The notes under the pieces were generated by a model. That model was given only the letters and a program-made list of their open reading frames with translations. It was not told the DNA's origin and searched no databases. This document shows positions 10,626 to 21,864 of a stretch of DNA of 64,000 bases, in pieces (the stretch's first letter is position 1; every line of letters begins with the position of its first letter). The DNA comes from Schizochytrium sp. TIO01. Its lineage: Eukaryota; Protista; Bigyra: Labyrinthulomycetes. The stretch lies in the NCBI GenBank assembly GCA_004764695.1, contig SMSO01000014.1, positions 4,226,845-4,290,844 of the forward strand, written 5' to 3'. Both the position numbers and the translations under genes were made by a program.

Positions 10626-13142
10626 ATGGCGTTGGCAAAGACCATGTCGCAGCATCAACCGCTGGTGAAGATCGTGGCGACATGCATATTACCAGCGGTG
10701 CTATCGTTGCTCGTGTACGCGAACTCGTTGAAATGCGGGTTTGTTTGGGATGACCTACGAGCAATTAAGCAAAATGAGGATGTCTTGGCAGGTCTCCGTG
10801 GCCGTGTGTGGGATATGGCGCTGCTCCGAAATGATTTCTGGGGGGACCCGATGGATGCGGAGATGTCTCACCGCAGTTACAGGCCAGTGGCGGTTTTCTC
10901 CTTTCGCCTGGACGCCCTCCGTGGCCATTCAGTCGATGCTCAGGGCAGGATAGGAGCTTCTCCGTATAGTTTTCACGAAACTAACGTGGTGCTTCATGCT
11001 GTTGCCTCTGCTCTTGTGGGAGTCCTTGCCCTCAGGATGCTTCCTGGCGATGCCATAGTGCCTAGCTGCGTTGCTGCGGTGCTCTTTGCCGTTCATACGA
11101 TTCATACTGAGGCCGTTGCTGGTCTCGTTGGGCGGGCAGATATACTTGCTGCGATATTCTTTATTCTCGCTATTATTGCTCATCAGTACTCTATTAAGCA
11201 TAGAAAGGTCTCTACAAAATTCGAAGGCTCAGTTGAGAATTCTAAAGACTTGACGGACTCCATTATCTCAGAGAACTCCAAAATACCCAACACTCCCGTG
11301 CAGTCCAAGAAGTCCAAAACCTCGAAGATTTCCAAGGCCCCCAAAAGCTACAACAAGTCAAAAGACTTTATAAACGCTAAGGGAACCAAAGACTCCGATG
11401 ATTTCGACGACTATGAGGACTTGAAGAAATCTTATAAGTTCATGAGGTTGGTGAACTCTGAGGCGTTAATTCTGCTCACCATTATATTGGCCGTGTTGGG
11501 AACCTTGAGTAAGGAGTCTGGGATCACAGTACTCGGATACTGCGTTTTTGTGGAAATGTTGGAGTGGGCAGGCGCATTAAGTATAGTGCGCTCGTCGTTG
11601 ATGGTAGTGTCAGCAGCGATCTTTATGAGAGCTAGACTTGCTCTTCACAATGGGAGAGGACTGTATCCCTGGACCGTGATGGAAAACCACATTGCACTGG
11701 AAGAGGACTTGTGGACCAAAATATTTTCATATGCTAACACTCATGGTATGTATGCGTGGATGCTGCTCGTGCCCACGGGCCTGTGCTATAACCATGGACT
11801 TGGGACCTTACCAGTGGTGTCATCGCCCACGCTAATTAGTATCGTGGCATATTCTGCTCTCGTGGCACTGTGCCTGCTTGCATTGGTGCGTAGAGACGGA
11901 CTTCTTGCACGCCTGCTTGCGATGGCACTTCTGCCGTTTGTACCTGCATCCAACCTCTTTTTTCCTATCGGTGCAACTCTCGCAGAGCGTTTGCTCTACA
12001 TTCCAAGTATAGGTGCATGTATTCTTGTAGGACTTCTTGTTCAACGTTGTGAGTCCTGGCCACGCCTTCACAGAATCTTACTTGCTTGCTTAGCCGTTTA
12101 CACCATTGTTCTGTCGGTGTGGACCGTTGAGCGCAATGAGGACTGGATCAGTGACATGACCCTTTTTGAGTCGGGTTACCGAGAGGAGCCAGACAACGTT
12201 GGAATTCTGAACAATATTGGTTACATGTATATGCAGGATAACTCAAACTCCACGCGCTTGCATATGGCGCGTAACTTTTTTCAAAAGGCTACTGAAACCT
12301 ATCCCAACTTCACGTCTGCCTACGCTAATTGGGCTATCGTTGCTGGCAAACTCAGTTATTTCGAAGAAGCGGTGAATACATCTCGCGAAGCTGTACGCAC
12401 GAACCCTCACAGTTGCGATTTACAAACAAGACTTGCGGAGACCTTAATTTCCTTGATTGAGCATGAGGTCGCTTTGCCAGCCGGAGACCACCCCCTCGCC
12501 CAGGAGGTCCAATCTGTGTTGTACAATAAATCAACACAGTGTCCCGCCAAGCCCTTGCGGCAATATATGATGGCAAAATTCCAGATTGTACGCTATGGAC
12601 CACATTACGCAGACATGGAGCTTTTTGAAATGGCTCTCGAAACAAATCAAAAAATTCAAGAAGGTTCTCCTGATCGGCTGAATGAAGACACTGTTCTTGA
12701 CTTTATGGCGCAGACTGCGAAAGATCGTGGAGATTTGACCAAGGCTCTGCAGTATTGGGAGCGCGCTATAAGTCTGCCCGGGGGCGCTTCCATCGCAGTT
12801 CTCACCAATGCTGCTGTTTCAGGATGGGTACGAGCTCATGAGGTGTTTCTTCATGGCGAGGTGACTTACAAACTAAACGATGGCACAACGCTGAGCTGTT
12901 TGCAACGAGCAGGCCAGCTGTTGTCAGATGCGCTGACAAAGGAACAAAACAATGCTGGTGTGCACGCAAACATTGGCTGGTTCTATGAAGTATCCAAGGA
13001 ATATGATTTAGCCTTGAAATCCTATTCCCACTCGTTATCTCTGTTTGGTGGTAAACATTCCAAAGTGGAGTCAAACATCGCCCGTGTGCAAGCCACCATA
13101 GAGAATATCTCACGCACCGGTGTCGCGGATAGTGTATCCTAA
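10626..13142 (+). CDS. TMTC-family protein O-mannosyltransferase (multi-TM + DUF1736 + TPR)
   Basis: FVWDD, NDFWG.PM...SHRSYRP, HTEAVAGLVGRAD, KESGIT and PASNLFFPIG..LAERLLYIPS motifs, then TPR-like helices; first ATG at 10626. Confidence 0.92.
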   Translation: MALAKTMSQHQPLVKIVATCILPAVLSLLVYANSLKCGFVWDDLRAIKQNEDVLAGLRGRVWDMALLRNDFWGDPMDAEMSHRSYRPVAVFSFRLDALRGHSVDAQGRIGASPYSFHETNVVLHAVASALVGVLALRMLPGDAIVPSCVAAVLFAVHTIHTEAVAGLVGRADILAAIFFILAIIAHQYSIKHRKVSTKFEGSVENSKDLTDSIISENSKIPNTPVQSKKSKTSKISKAPKSYNKSKDFINAKGTKDSDDFDDYEDLKKSYKFMRLVNSEALILLTIILAVLGTLSKESGITVLGYCVFVEMLEWAGALSIVRSSLMVVSAAIFMRARLALHNGRGLYPWTVMENHIALEEDLWTKIFSYANTHGMYAWMLLVPTGLCYNHGLGTLPVVSSPTLISIVAYSALVALCLLALVRRDGLLARLLAMALLPFVPASNLFFPIGATLAERLLYIPSIGACILVGLLVQRCESWPRLHRILLACLAVYTIVLSVWTVERNEDWISDMTLFESGYREEPDNVGILNNIGYMYMQDNSNSTRLHMARNFFQKATETYPNFTSAYANWAIVAGKLSYFEEAVNTSREAVRTNPHSCDLQTRLAETLISLIEHEVALPAGDHPLAQEVQSVLYNKSTQCPAKPLRQYMMAKFQIVRYGPHYADMELFEMALETNQKIQEGSPDRLNEDTVLDFMAQTAKDRGDLTKALQYWERAISLPGGASIAVLTNAAVSGWVRAHEVFLHGEVTYKLNDGTTLSCLQRAGQLLSDALTKEQNNAGVHANIGWFYEVSKEYDLALKSYSHSLSLFGGKHSKVESNIARVQATIENISRTGVADSVS

Positions 13143-14162
13143 ATGCCTTGTCAACAAGTCACATCCATATAGCTCTGGGTCATTTGTAGCATCCAGCTTT
13201 GGATATTCCTTAGGAAGTACGACACCTGAAAGAAAATTCTCTTCTTCTTTCTGTTTCTGCTCTCTCTGAGCTTGCATACGTTCGTGGTGCTCTTTTCGCT
13301 CGTGCTTCTTGCGAGTTTCTTGTTCTTCACATAATACCTCTATTTCCTTTGCCTGCTGCTTCGCTAGCTGGCGCGCTTGCTCCTTACGGCGAGCTTGCTC
13401 CTGCAGAAACTCTGCACCTCGTTGTTGATTACGGCTTTTTCGTATCATAGCTTCCTTTGCAACATTTTCTTTTTTCTTGGCTTCCGCTTTGGCTTGTGTA
13501 ATACGTGAATGTTTCTTCTCCACCTTGATTTGAGCCAACCTCTCTGCAGTAAGTTTCTTTAAGAGTTCTCTCTTAGCAACGACAAAGTCTGCTAAAGCGA
13601 CGGAAGCGTTGGTCTTTGTCTTCCACCCTGAAGTTTCTTCCTCCCTTGTGTCCCTCAGTTCGTTCGCTATGCATGAAGAACTTTTGTTGCTGTTGCTTGT
13701 AATATCCGTGTAGATATCCGTGTTGTTGTCCTTGAGTTCACCATCTGAGGAAGCATGGTAATTTTCTTGTTTGCGAGAAAAAGATCCACTAGCAGATGCG
13801 TTCAAGTCACCTTGTTCATAGCGTGTCTCAAATTGTGGAAGCCACGACTTATTCTTCTCGAGCCTATTGTTAGGAGAAGCATGTGATGAAGCCTGCTCTC
13901 CATTTGAAAATTTCGATGATTTGAGCTCCTGTTTATCAGAATAAATAGCATCCTGGTCATTGTCTTCATCTTCATCAATGAACTCGCCTTCAAGCAACTG
14001 GTTTGACAACCCAAGAATGTCTTGAGTAAGACCTCGTTTATCCTCTGCAGCGACTCGCCTACCTGCTACCCGCACTGAGCTATCATCGTTTTTCTTCTTT
14101 TGCCGACGTGTAGGTCCACGCCGATGTAAACGCATGCGCGCTTTCCCTGACGCTGGGGCCAT
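13110..14162 (-). CDS. Hypothetical charged coiled-coil protein
   Basis: 350-aa ATG ORF with a K/E/Q/R-rich C-terminal half; its 3' end overlaps the TMTC stop region. Confidence 0.65.
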   Translation of the reverse strand: MAPASGKARMRLHRRGPTRRQKKKNDDSSVRVAGRRVAAEDKRGLTQDILGLSNQLLEGEFIDEDEDNDQDAIYSDKQELKSSKFSNGEQASSHASPNNRLEKNKSWLPQFETRYEQGDLNASASGSFSRKQENYHASSDGELKDNNTDIYTDITSNSNKSSSCIANELRDTREEETSGWKTKTNASVALADFVVAKRELLKKLTAERLAQIKVEKKHSRITQAKAEAKKKENVAKEAMIRKSRNQQRGAEFLQEQARRKEQARQLAKQQAKEIEVLCEEQETRKKHERKEHHERMQAQREQKQKEEENFLSGVVLPKEYPKLDATNDPELYGCDLLTRHLGYTIRDTGA

Positions 14163-15597
14163 GTTGGTATCAGGTTTGTGGCCAGCTATTACTTTATGCC
14201 TCTAATTGTTTAAATAGTTACCTTACGAATTCAAGTTTTGGAAGCGGAAAGGCATTTTCACATGCCGCGTTAAGACTTGGATGTGATGAAAACTATGATA
14301 ACAAGCAAAAGAGCCAACCCTTTCTGCGTTAGGTTCTTTGTCTGTTTTCTATCAAGACGATATTGGCGAGAATTTGTGATATCCTAGCTTAATCTCCCTC
14401 TAAAAGCGCCGCATCATCCTTATTATCCTTTTCTCGTAACGCATCTTTGATGTGGGAAGGTGAAAAGCACCTACTAGATATGTGTAGAGAGGCGGTACAC
14501 ACCTTGTCATTATTTTTCCTCTCAGAAAGACGACGAACTCTTCGGAAATGTAGTTTAAAACTCGACAGCTTATTCACTAGGAGACTGCCCTTCGCCCATT
14601 TAGAAATGGGGTCTTGTATGAGTGCATGAACGGGCATGCAAGGTCTTCACCCGCCTCGGGACCATCGTGGCTCGCTTTCAAATTGTGAGATAATTTAGGA
14701 GGAATAAGGGAAAACACTAGTGAATATTATAATCGTTACAGTGAATAAGTTTATTGTTTTAGGTGAACGAACGAGAAATGTCAGACGAACGGCTTCCCAA
14801 GTAGCAAAAAGTATCAAACGAATCAAATTCCGAGATCCAGCTTTGGATCTAGAAATATCACTCACTTCCTAAGAGTAAAGCATTCACCAGGTCACTTGGG
14901 TTAGCGAGATAGTAATGAGAAGCAAACTGACCTCACTGTATCTCAAAATCAATCAAAAGACCGTTCACGAATAGCACGTCTGCACCTATGCGATCACATG
15001 TCAGCATTGAACAGAGAACTACCACCACGCTCTGGGTCCTCTTGAAACTTAAACAGTGTTGGGGTGTCTAAAACTCCATGTGACTTTGCAAAAATAGCTC
15101 AAAACTCCATCTTCAACGAATTCTTCTTATATTTCAAAGGTAAGGTAAAAACATCAACGAAGAAAGCAACGTTAATGCCCTCTTTCACCATAAAACAAAA
15201 AGACTAACACTAGTCTGAAAATAGTTTATTGCTCTGGATGCTTTACTTTCCTGCTATTCTAATAAAAGCTAGGTACGAGTCAAAATATAGACCCTACCTA
15301 TCTTAATTAAGAAGCCAAAGAGATCACCGACCATACTAGTAGCGCATAATTTTTGGATACACTTCTCACAATGAATGGAGGTTGCTAACCATTTCTCTTT
15401 GTAGCATAAAAAGCTGGTTTTCTAACGGTGTACCTTTGCGCGCATCAGAATCACACAGCATTGCTCTGCCTTTGTCAAGCTCTCTTCCTTCTTGCGCTGT
15501 ATGTCTCTACAAACTTAGATTCGTTTATAAAAAGCATATCATAAACATGAGAGACTGAACCAGAGATAGGTTATGCAGACATTCATTCATATGAGCA

Positions 15598-15625
15598 CTT
15601 CTTCTTCTTCTTCTTCTTCTTCTTC
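15598..15625. repeat. (CTT)9 microsatellite
   Basis: Read directly from sequence. Confidence 0.9.
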
Positions 15626-16568
15626 CATGGTATAAAATGGGTGTATTACATGCGTTCTTCGAGGGGCTTCTCCAAGGGAACCTTAGAATTTGATCTCAAG
15701 TGGTGGCTTTCAGCCATGAAATTCCAGCTATATATGGCTACCAGTTTCAGACTTTATAGAATATGTATTATTTAGGTCGTGTCCTTCATTTTTATTTTTT
15801 TTAAATAGAGAAACAACAAAATGTTGCTTCCCATGTTATGAGTTTCATACACGGAGCAGAAAGAAAAACAGGCAAATGGGTTATATGCTTCAGTTTACGC
15901 ATCCCTACGTGGCTCTGCAAAGCGCTTGTGGCTCAAAAGAAGCTCTCAATTTGAGTCTCCAAACCAAAGGTGCCAAAATGTGTCCCCATGGTGCGTACAT
16001 ACCAGACTTACCCACAATGTATATTTTAAGTTATTGATTATATAAATTGTCTTGTATTAAGATGGCTCTGATGCACTCCTCCAAGGGCACAGCCTCGCGA
16101 ATGCCATGCTGTTCAGGAATTCGCAGAAAATTTCAAGACAGGTTCATGATGATAAGCTGCAGATCAAAACTTCGTTCCAGACTATCTATTGTCGTGATAG
16201 CTTAGTTCTGAAGACCTTTCATAAGAATTTTACTTGAATATGAGCATTCTAAGATAATGGAACTGCCCATTGCAAATGTCTGCACAGCGCCATACTATTT
16301 CACATATAGCTTATACATCGCGTGCCAGGTACAAAATGTAAATAACTTAAGATCGCATAGACATGGGATCATTAGCTTCACGTTGCTCTGCTTGAAGCTC
16401 TAAATAGTTTGCGTAGCTGCAGTAGATGGAAAGGCTATTTAGTATACTCCGCGCGAGGAAAAGTTGAATAAGAGACGTCGAATGTTGCAAATTTTGGGAG
16501 AGCAAATCCAAAACTCGATACCAAAAAGCAAACAGCACATTAGATTAAACAAGAAGAAGGTTGAGATC

Positions 16569-16781
16569 ATGCCCAAGTTCTCTATCGCTAGCATTGACCC
16601 GCGTAAGACGCACGAGAAGGCTGCTCTTGACAAGGTTTTTGGAGAGGGCAACTGGACCCCGACGAAGACTGACGGTCTTGCAACAGTTGAGGGTGTTGCA
16701 GAGTATGCGTCCTGCAAAGATCTCCTCGTGGCTTTTGAGGATGCTGGCTTGACCCCAGCCCCTGAGGTTGAGCAATTGTAA
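16569..16781 (+). CDS. Small 70-aa hypothetical protein (MPKFSIASID...EVEQL)
   Basis: GC-richer island with host-like codons (AAG, GAG, GAC, GCT) inside an AT-rich spacer; A-rich leader before the ATG at 16569. Confidence 0.55.
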   Translation: MPKFSIASIDPRKTHEKAALDKVFGEGNWTPTKTDGLATVEGVAEYASCKDLLVAFEDAGLTPAPEVEQL

Positions 16782-17604
16782 ATAATTTGTACGAGACACG
16801 AAAGCTCCACCTTTCTATGCTATTTGTAGAAAATTGAGATAAATAGTAATAAGCATTTTTCATTTTTGCTATATTTTCAATGTGCCCTGGTGCCCTGACT
16901 TTCCTGAACGATTGAACTAATCGCTTTAAATTGCGAGACACTGGTTATTTGTATCAATTCTACTTGAAACAGAGACTTTCTAGTCGCATCACTTCAAGGC
17001 TAGAAAATCATAGTTTTAATCGACTTTGATAACATACCCGTGAGAAAAAGACGAGTACAAAAGTAGAATACTAACAGTTGAATCACTTTCCAGACACTTG
17101 CCTCCGGTAGTTTATCTCAATAAAAAGTCTTGATTATGTATCTCTGATTTCAAGTTCGATCCTGTTTCTCATGGGGAATATCTATGAATACATTTGATTT
17201 CCCCTATTACAAATTCAACAAGGGAAGCCTGATTGAATCTGCATCGATGTAGTCAAACATTAAAATTTGATCTATATGTTTGTTAGAAAAGGTTCAGTTT
17301 GGTTTCAATTTACGATTACTAATAGGCTCCTTTAACTATTTGCAGAGGGAGGAGATTAAGTTTAAAAGACTGATATACTGCAAGAGAAGACTCGATTGTG
17401 CAGTGCGTAGCAAATGTTTCTTGCTATAATGATCTAGCAAGCCATAGAAAAGAGTTTTGGCGGGTGTTAAGTTAAGTCTCTTACAGAAGCTCCAGATGTA
17501 TCATTTTCTGAAGACTTTAGGTGATTTGTATGAGCCGAGTCTCTTGCTTCTGCAACACCATTACACAGAGTTAATGCGTTCAGTAAGATTGCGAACTTTG
17601 ATCA

Positions 17605-19362
17605 TTAGCGCTTAAGGGTACGTAAGTTACCAATGGAAGCAATTGCTGCAGCCCGAGCAGCATCTTCCTCGGTTGCTTCGCCATCCTCATTGACCTCCGA
17701 CAAAACGAGAGCACCACGAGTAGCTGCGATATAAGCCTCGGCTTGCGAAGGATCATACTCGGCAACCTTTTCCATTGTGATCAGCATACGTCCCAGTGGA
17801 GGACGCAAGGGCTCAATGCTGCGGGCAACGAGCTTCAGGCAAGGGTGCTGGGGAATGATTTCTTCAACAAAGCAGGTGCGGTCAATTGGGAGCAGATACA
17901 CGAGCCGGCCGCCCATACGAAGCAGGCGTGCACTGGCATCAACCAGATCTGCCATGAGCTCCATTGTGTCGTAAGGTTGCACAGGGGCAATATAGTTCTG
18001 TCCATCACGACCTTCGAAGCCAGCGACATCTTGAATGACTGCCCGCTTGGATTCATCACGCCCAACCTTTTTAGCTCCGGCGCGAATGCCATAGGGAGGA
18101 TCACAGACAATTGCGTCGTAGAGTCCACCAGCAGGCTCACGCAACGCACGCCCCCGTGGGGAGAAATCAAGACGCAGAAGCTCTGGACGAGGGAGTTTGT
18201 ACTGGTCAAAGGTATCATTGACGGTTGCCTTGCGAGTTCCACGTCTGCCCTGCAAAAGCATGAAGTCAATATCACCTCCTTGGCAAACAGCTCCGAAAAC
18301 GGTACATGGTACAAGAAGACTTCCAGTGCCCACAAAAGGATCAATCACAAGTTGTCCATTAGCCACCTTGGCTTGGTTGGCCATGATAAAGGACATGGTG
18401 GTTTCCATCGAGGTAGGTCCCAGGAAGGCGCGCTTCTTCAGGGTGTATGCTTCCACAAGCTTGCCATTACCTTCTGCAACGCTCCTTGCAATGAATACAT
18501 GCGAAGGTACTGTTTTACTGCGTGCCTCATGGATCTTCTCCTTGAACTCCTCTTGTTTACGTGCCTTCTCTGCATCCTTATTGGCGTCCACCTCCTCCGA
18601 GTTGTTCTCATCTTCATTGGCTTCATCCTCGGCAGTTTGCTCCCTCTCTTGCTGTCGAGCAAGACGTTCCTTAGTGATCTTGCGACGTGTCATGCCTTTA
18701 GCGCGCATCTCCTCCTTCCAAATCATGCGCTGCCGACGCTTCTTCTCACGCTTTGAGATCAGTTCCACTTCGCCATTTTCGCCTTCCCACGTCTGCTGAT
18801 TCACAGGTGCTGCCTCCAGGATTGGTTTTGTATCGTAACAATCAATCAACCAAAGCGGGCAGTCAGGATCTTTAAGGCTCACTGTACCCTTGAATCCAGG
18901 TTTCATAGCTAGGAATGCTTCGCGACGATCACGTTCTTCGTGATGGCTAACTTTACGACCGAATGATCGAGCCCTGACACACCATGATTTCTCCTCGGCA
19001 AAGTGAGGCTCCATGCGGTCTGCAGGGCAGTTTTCCATGTTTGTGAAGGCGCTATCAAGGTCGATTCCAGCGCCCCATACTTCATAAACTGCCTTAATGA
19101 GCATGGATCGCTCGCAGATTTCGCGAATGCATTGTTCGGATGGAAATTGAGCTCGCAAGTAAGGCAAGCCTTCACGTAAAGTTGACTTGTCGTAGACTGT
19201 AGAACTATCCTTTACACCAGCAGTTAGGTCAAGCAGAGAATCGAGTTCCTGGAGCCAGAAGTCGGGGTGTTTGTCGCGAAAAAGCACCAGATGTCTGCCG
19301 TGCTCAAAGTCCACGTCCAAAAGCGGGTCAGAACCACCCGCATGAGCTCCATCTGAGGCCAT
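17605..19362 (-). CDS. TRMT11: tRNA (guanine-10-N2)-methyltransferase Trm11
   Basis: N-terminal HPDFWLQELDSL and RSMLIKAVYEVWG, FLGPTSM, DPFVGTGS SAM motif, DAIVCDPPYGIRAG, LRMGGRLVY. Confidence 0.93.
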   Translation of the reverse strand: MASDGAHAGGSDPLLDVDFEHGRHLVLFRDKHPDFWLQELDSLLDLTAGVKDSSTVYDKSTLREGLPYLRAQFPSEQCIREICERSMLIKAVYEVWGAGIDLDSAFTNMENCPADRMEPHFAEEKSWCVRARSFGRKVSHHEERDRREAFLAMKPGFKGTVSLKDPDCPLWLIDCYDTKPILEAAPVNQQTWEGENGEVELISKREKKRRQRMIWKEEMRAKGMTRRKITKERLARQQEREQTAEDEANEDENNSEEVDANKDAEKARKQEEFKEKIHEARSKTVPSHVFIARSVAEGNGKLVEAYTLKKRAFLGPTSMETTMSFIMANQAKVANGQLVIDPFVGTGSLLVPCTVFGAVCQGGDIDFMLLQGRRGTRKATVNDTFDQYKLPRPELLRLDFSPRGRALREPAGGLYDAIVCDPPYGIRAGAKKVGRDESKRAVIQDVAGFEGRDGQNYIAPVQPYDTMELMADLVDASARLLRMGGRLVYLLPIDRTCFVEEIIPQHPCLKLVARSIEPLRPPLGRMLITMEKVAEYDPSQAEAYIAATRGALVLSEVNEDGEATEEDAARAAAIASIGNLRTLKR

Positions 19363-19725
19363 TTTGTGAGCAGGTTTGTCCAGAGGAATTAGGCCGAATA
19401 AATCCCAAAGAGACGCCTCAAGACCCGAGTAATCAGATCAGGCCTGGAATAGGTACCCTTCCGGGTGCTGACAACTTGGGTCTGACGTCAACCGGTGGTC
19501 TCCAGTGCATCCCATTCCCAATTGCAAGAGTCCTGGACGATGCCCATTTTGTACTCGGTCATGTCGCTACGACTATTATCATTAGGCCTTTAATACATAG
19601 ATCTACTAGTAGTACTACAAGTGTTATTATTATATATATATATATATTTTTTTTTTTTAGTAGTTCTTTTTGTAACTAAAAAAGAAATGCAAATTTCTTT
19701 TGGCGTTTGTTTCAAAATTTGATTT

Positions 19726-21108
19726 TTACAAAGTGCGGTCCTGAAGTCCAAAGATTAATTCATCGAAGAGGAGATTCCGCTTAGATTCTGTTGTTGGGTT
19801 TAAGAACGAAGAGTCAACGTTGCGCATACCACGCAGTACAACTCGAACATTTTCAGGTGAGTTTCCTTGGTGTGCACGCTGGGAGGATTTGGTATGCTGT
19901 GATATGTGACGATCATCATCATTTGTAGATTCCATGGCAGAGGAAGGTACGCCTTGGTGAAAAGGAGCAAATCCAAAAGATGCTTCTTGCGCACCTCCAA
20001 CATGATTTGGCTTACCTAAGCGGTTGAACCTTTTGGCAACTGGAATATCCCCTACGCCTTGCAGAAAATTGTGAAGGCGTGCACAAATCCCAAAATACTC
20101 TGACACACCTGGCATATCAGAATTGTCGAACCCACCCTTTTCCAAAATTGGGAAGCGCGCCATGAGTATACCAAAGGCCAGCTCGATATGCGAGCGAAGC
20201 TCATCTAAGAAATAATTAAAGTGTTCCTGGCCTTTGTTACCATCTTGCGATGGTTTAAAGGGGGTGATAAGATGCTCCGAGCACCTGTAAGCACTATCAG
20301 CGGCTAGCCAGTAGTTCGGTTCAATGTTGACTAGCTGATCGTAAAAAGAAGAACTTGACAGGGCAGTTTGGTCGGAAGTGCTCTCTGGATAGCCTTCCGA
20401 AATAAAGGTGAACTTCTGCTGATGATCACAAGCGCATTGGAAGACAACGTATTGATCTTGACTTTTTTTACTAGTTCTTGTTTCAGAGCTTATGGAAATC
20501 ATTATTCCATCGAGTGCTGATATGCAACCTTGCATAGCATGAGAACCCCTTAGCATTGCTGATGACAACTGATTGAATCCCAAAGCAAGCTCGTCCTGAA
20601 GTGTCGCACTCCAGATTCCTCTTTCTAAGTCAAGATACTGATCTTTTAATGCTTGCCTTATTGCTTTAACTCCAGCTTTGACAACAGCCCCCTGGTGATG
20701 AGGAGGAATGAGCGAGTCATATTCAATTTTTTGTGGGCTCTCCCCCCGCAGAAACAAAAGCGTCGTAAAAATCACAGTTGCAGGACAGCATAAAATAGCA
20801 TCCTCATCCTTACCTATTGTGCAAGGCATCTCAGTAAGCTCATTTGGCGTATAAGTAAAGCTAACAATCTGCTCAAAGCTACTGTTATACATACCCAGAG
20901 TAGTCTCCAGCAGACTTTTGCCCATGGGCAACGGATCGAAAGCATATTCGACAAATCTCTTTTGCTCAGCAAAGCCATGTGCTTTCTGTTCTTTGCATCT
21001 CCTTTTTCGTATAACTTTGACAAAAAGACTGCGACCTTGTGGCATGCCTCCAACGCGAGCGTCAAGGTTACTCTCACACTCACCAAGGTCCTTGCGACTT
21101 CGTTTCAT
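19726..21108 (-). CDS. PIF/Harbinger-type DDE nuclease (HARBI1-like, DDE_Tnp_4)
   Basis: GCISALDG, FQCACDHQQKF, STSD, LAADSAY, LITPF and FNY...RSHIELAFGILMARFPIL; first ATG 21108. Confidence 0.85.
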   Translation of the reverse strand: MKRSRKDLGECESNLDARVGGMPQGRSLFVKVIRKRRCKEQKAHGFAEQKRFVEYAFDPLPMGKSLLETTLGMYNSSFEQIVSFTYTPNELTEMPCTIGKDEDAILCCPATVIFTTLLFLRGESPQKIEYDSLIPPHHQGAVVKAGVKAIRQALKDQYLDLERGIWSATLQDELALGFNQLSSAMLRGSHAMQGCISALDGIMISISSETRTSKKSQDQYVVFQCACDHQQKFTFISEGYPESTSDQTALSSSSFYDQLVNIEPNYWLAADSAYRCSEHLITPFKPSQDGNKGQEHFNYFLDELRSHIELAFGILMARFPILEKGGFDNSDMPGVSEYFGICARLHNFLQGVGDIPVAKRFNRLGKPNHVGGAQEASFGFAPFHQGVPSSAMESTNDDDRHISQHTKSSQRAHQGNSPENVRVVLRGMRNVDSSFLNPTTESKRNLLFDELIFGLQDRTL

Positions 21109-21325
21109 GGTGCCGCTGCAAATGCGGGATTTCCGATGACCTGAGCGATCTATTCCTACTTCTGTTACTTCAAAAAAGCAAAGTGGCAGCTTCTTCTGAC
21201 CGAAAAATGTCAAGAAGACACCACTTGGCAAACCGCATAAGGTTGCAAGGCAATGAACTGTTGCAGTTGTAGTTCAATCCTGGCACAATATCTGGTCATG
21301 ACGGGTATAACTGCCTCCTCCACCG

Positions 21326-21406
21326 CAGAAAACAGAAAAAAACAGAAAACAGAAAAAAACAGAAAACAGAAAAAAACAGAAAAAAAAAAAAAAAAAAAAA
21401 AAAAAA
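21326..21406. repeat. CAGAAAA(AAA) simple repeat ending in poly(A)
   Basis: Read directly from sequence. Confidence 0.85.
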
Positions 21407-21864
21407 GGAAAATGCACTATAATGCAAAAGTTTAGGAAGTAAAGAAAAACACAAACAGAAGAACAGCACGATCATGTGCAGGCCGTGAATAGAAGAAAAG
21501 TACATGTAAGGCAATAGAGAACTTGCTTGCTGCAACAAAAGTAAATTAGTAGTTGAAAACTAAGTTGAATGCTTTATACATTTCTGATGAAGGAGAAAGA
21601 ACAAAAAAAAAAGGGAGCGGGGGCAGGACAATAATCATCAGTCAATAATCAAAGAAATGAAAGAATAGGCCCCGGTCTCTTGTCATGCAAGTCTAGAGCC
21701 CTTGCCCTTTGAATAGAAAAGTAGGACGAAATTAGGCAAAATCGAGTGCAAGATTTGCTGACATAGACTGCAGGTTGTCGCTACTTAAAGAAACCTGTTC
21801 AGTTGCGTGAGACAACAATAAGCCAAAACCATAATTGAATAAGTACCCGATTGTACCACAAACC

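Noticed and set aside
17743-18799. 337-aa and 200-aa plus-strand ORFs
   Set aside because: Antisense shadows of the well-supported Trm11 CDS; no motifs.
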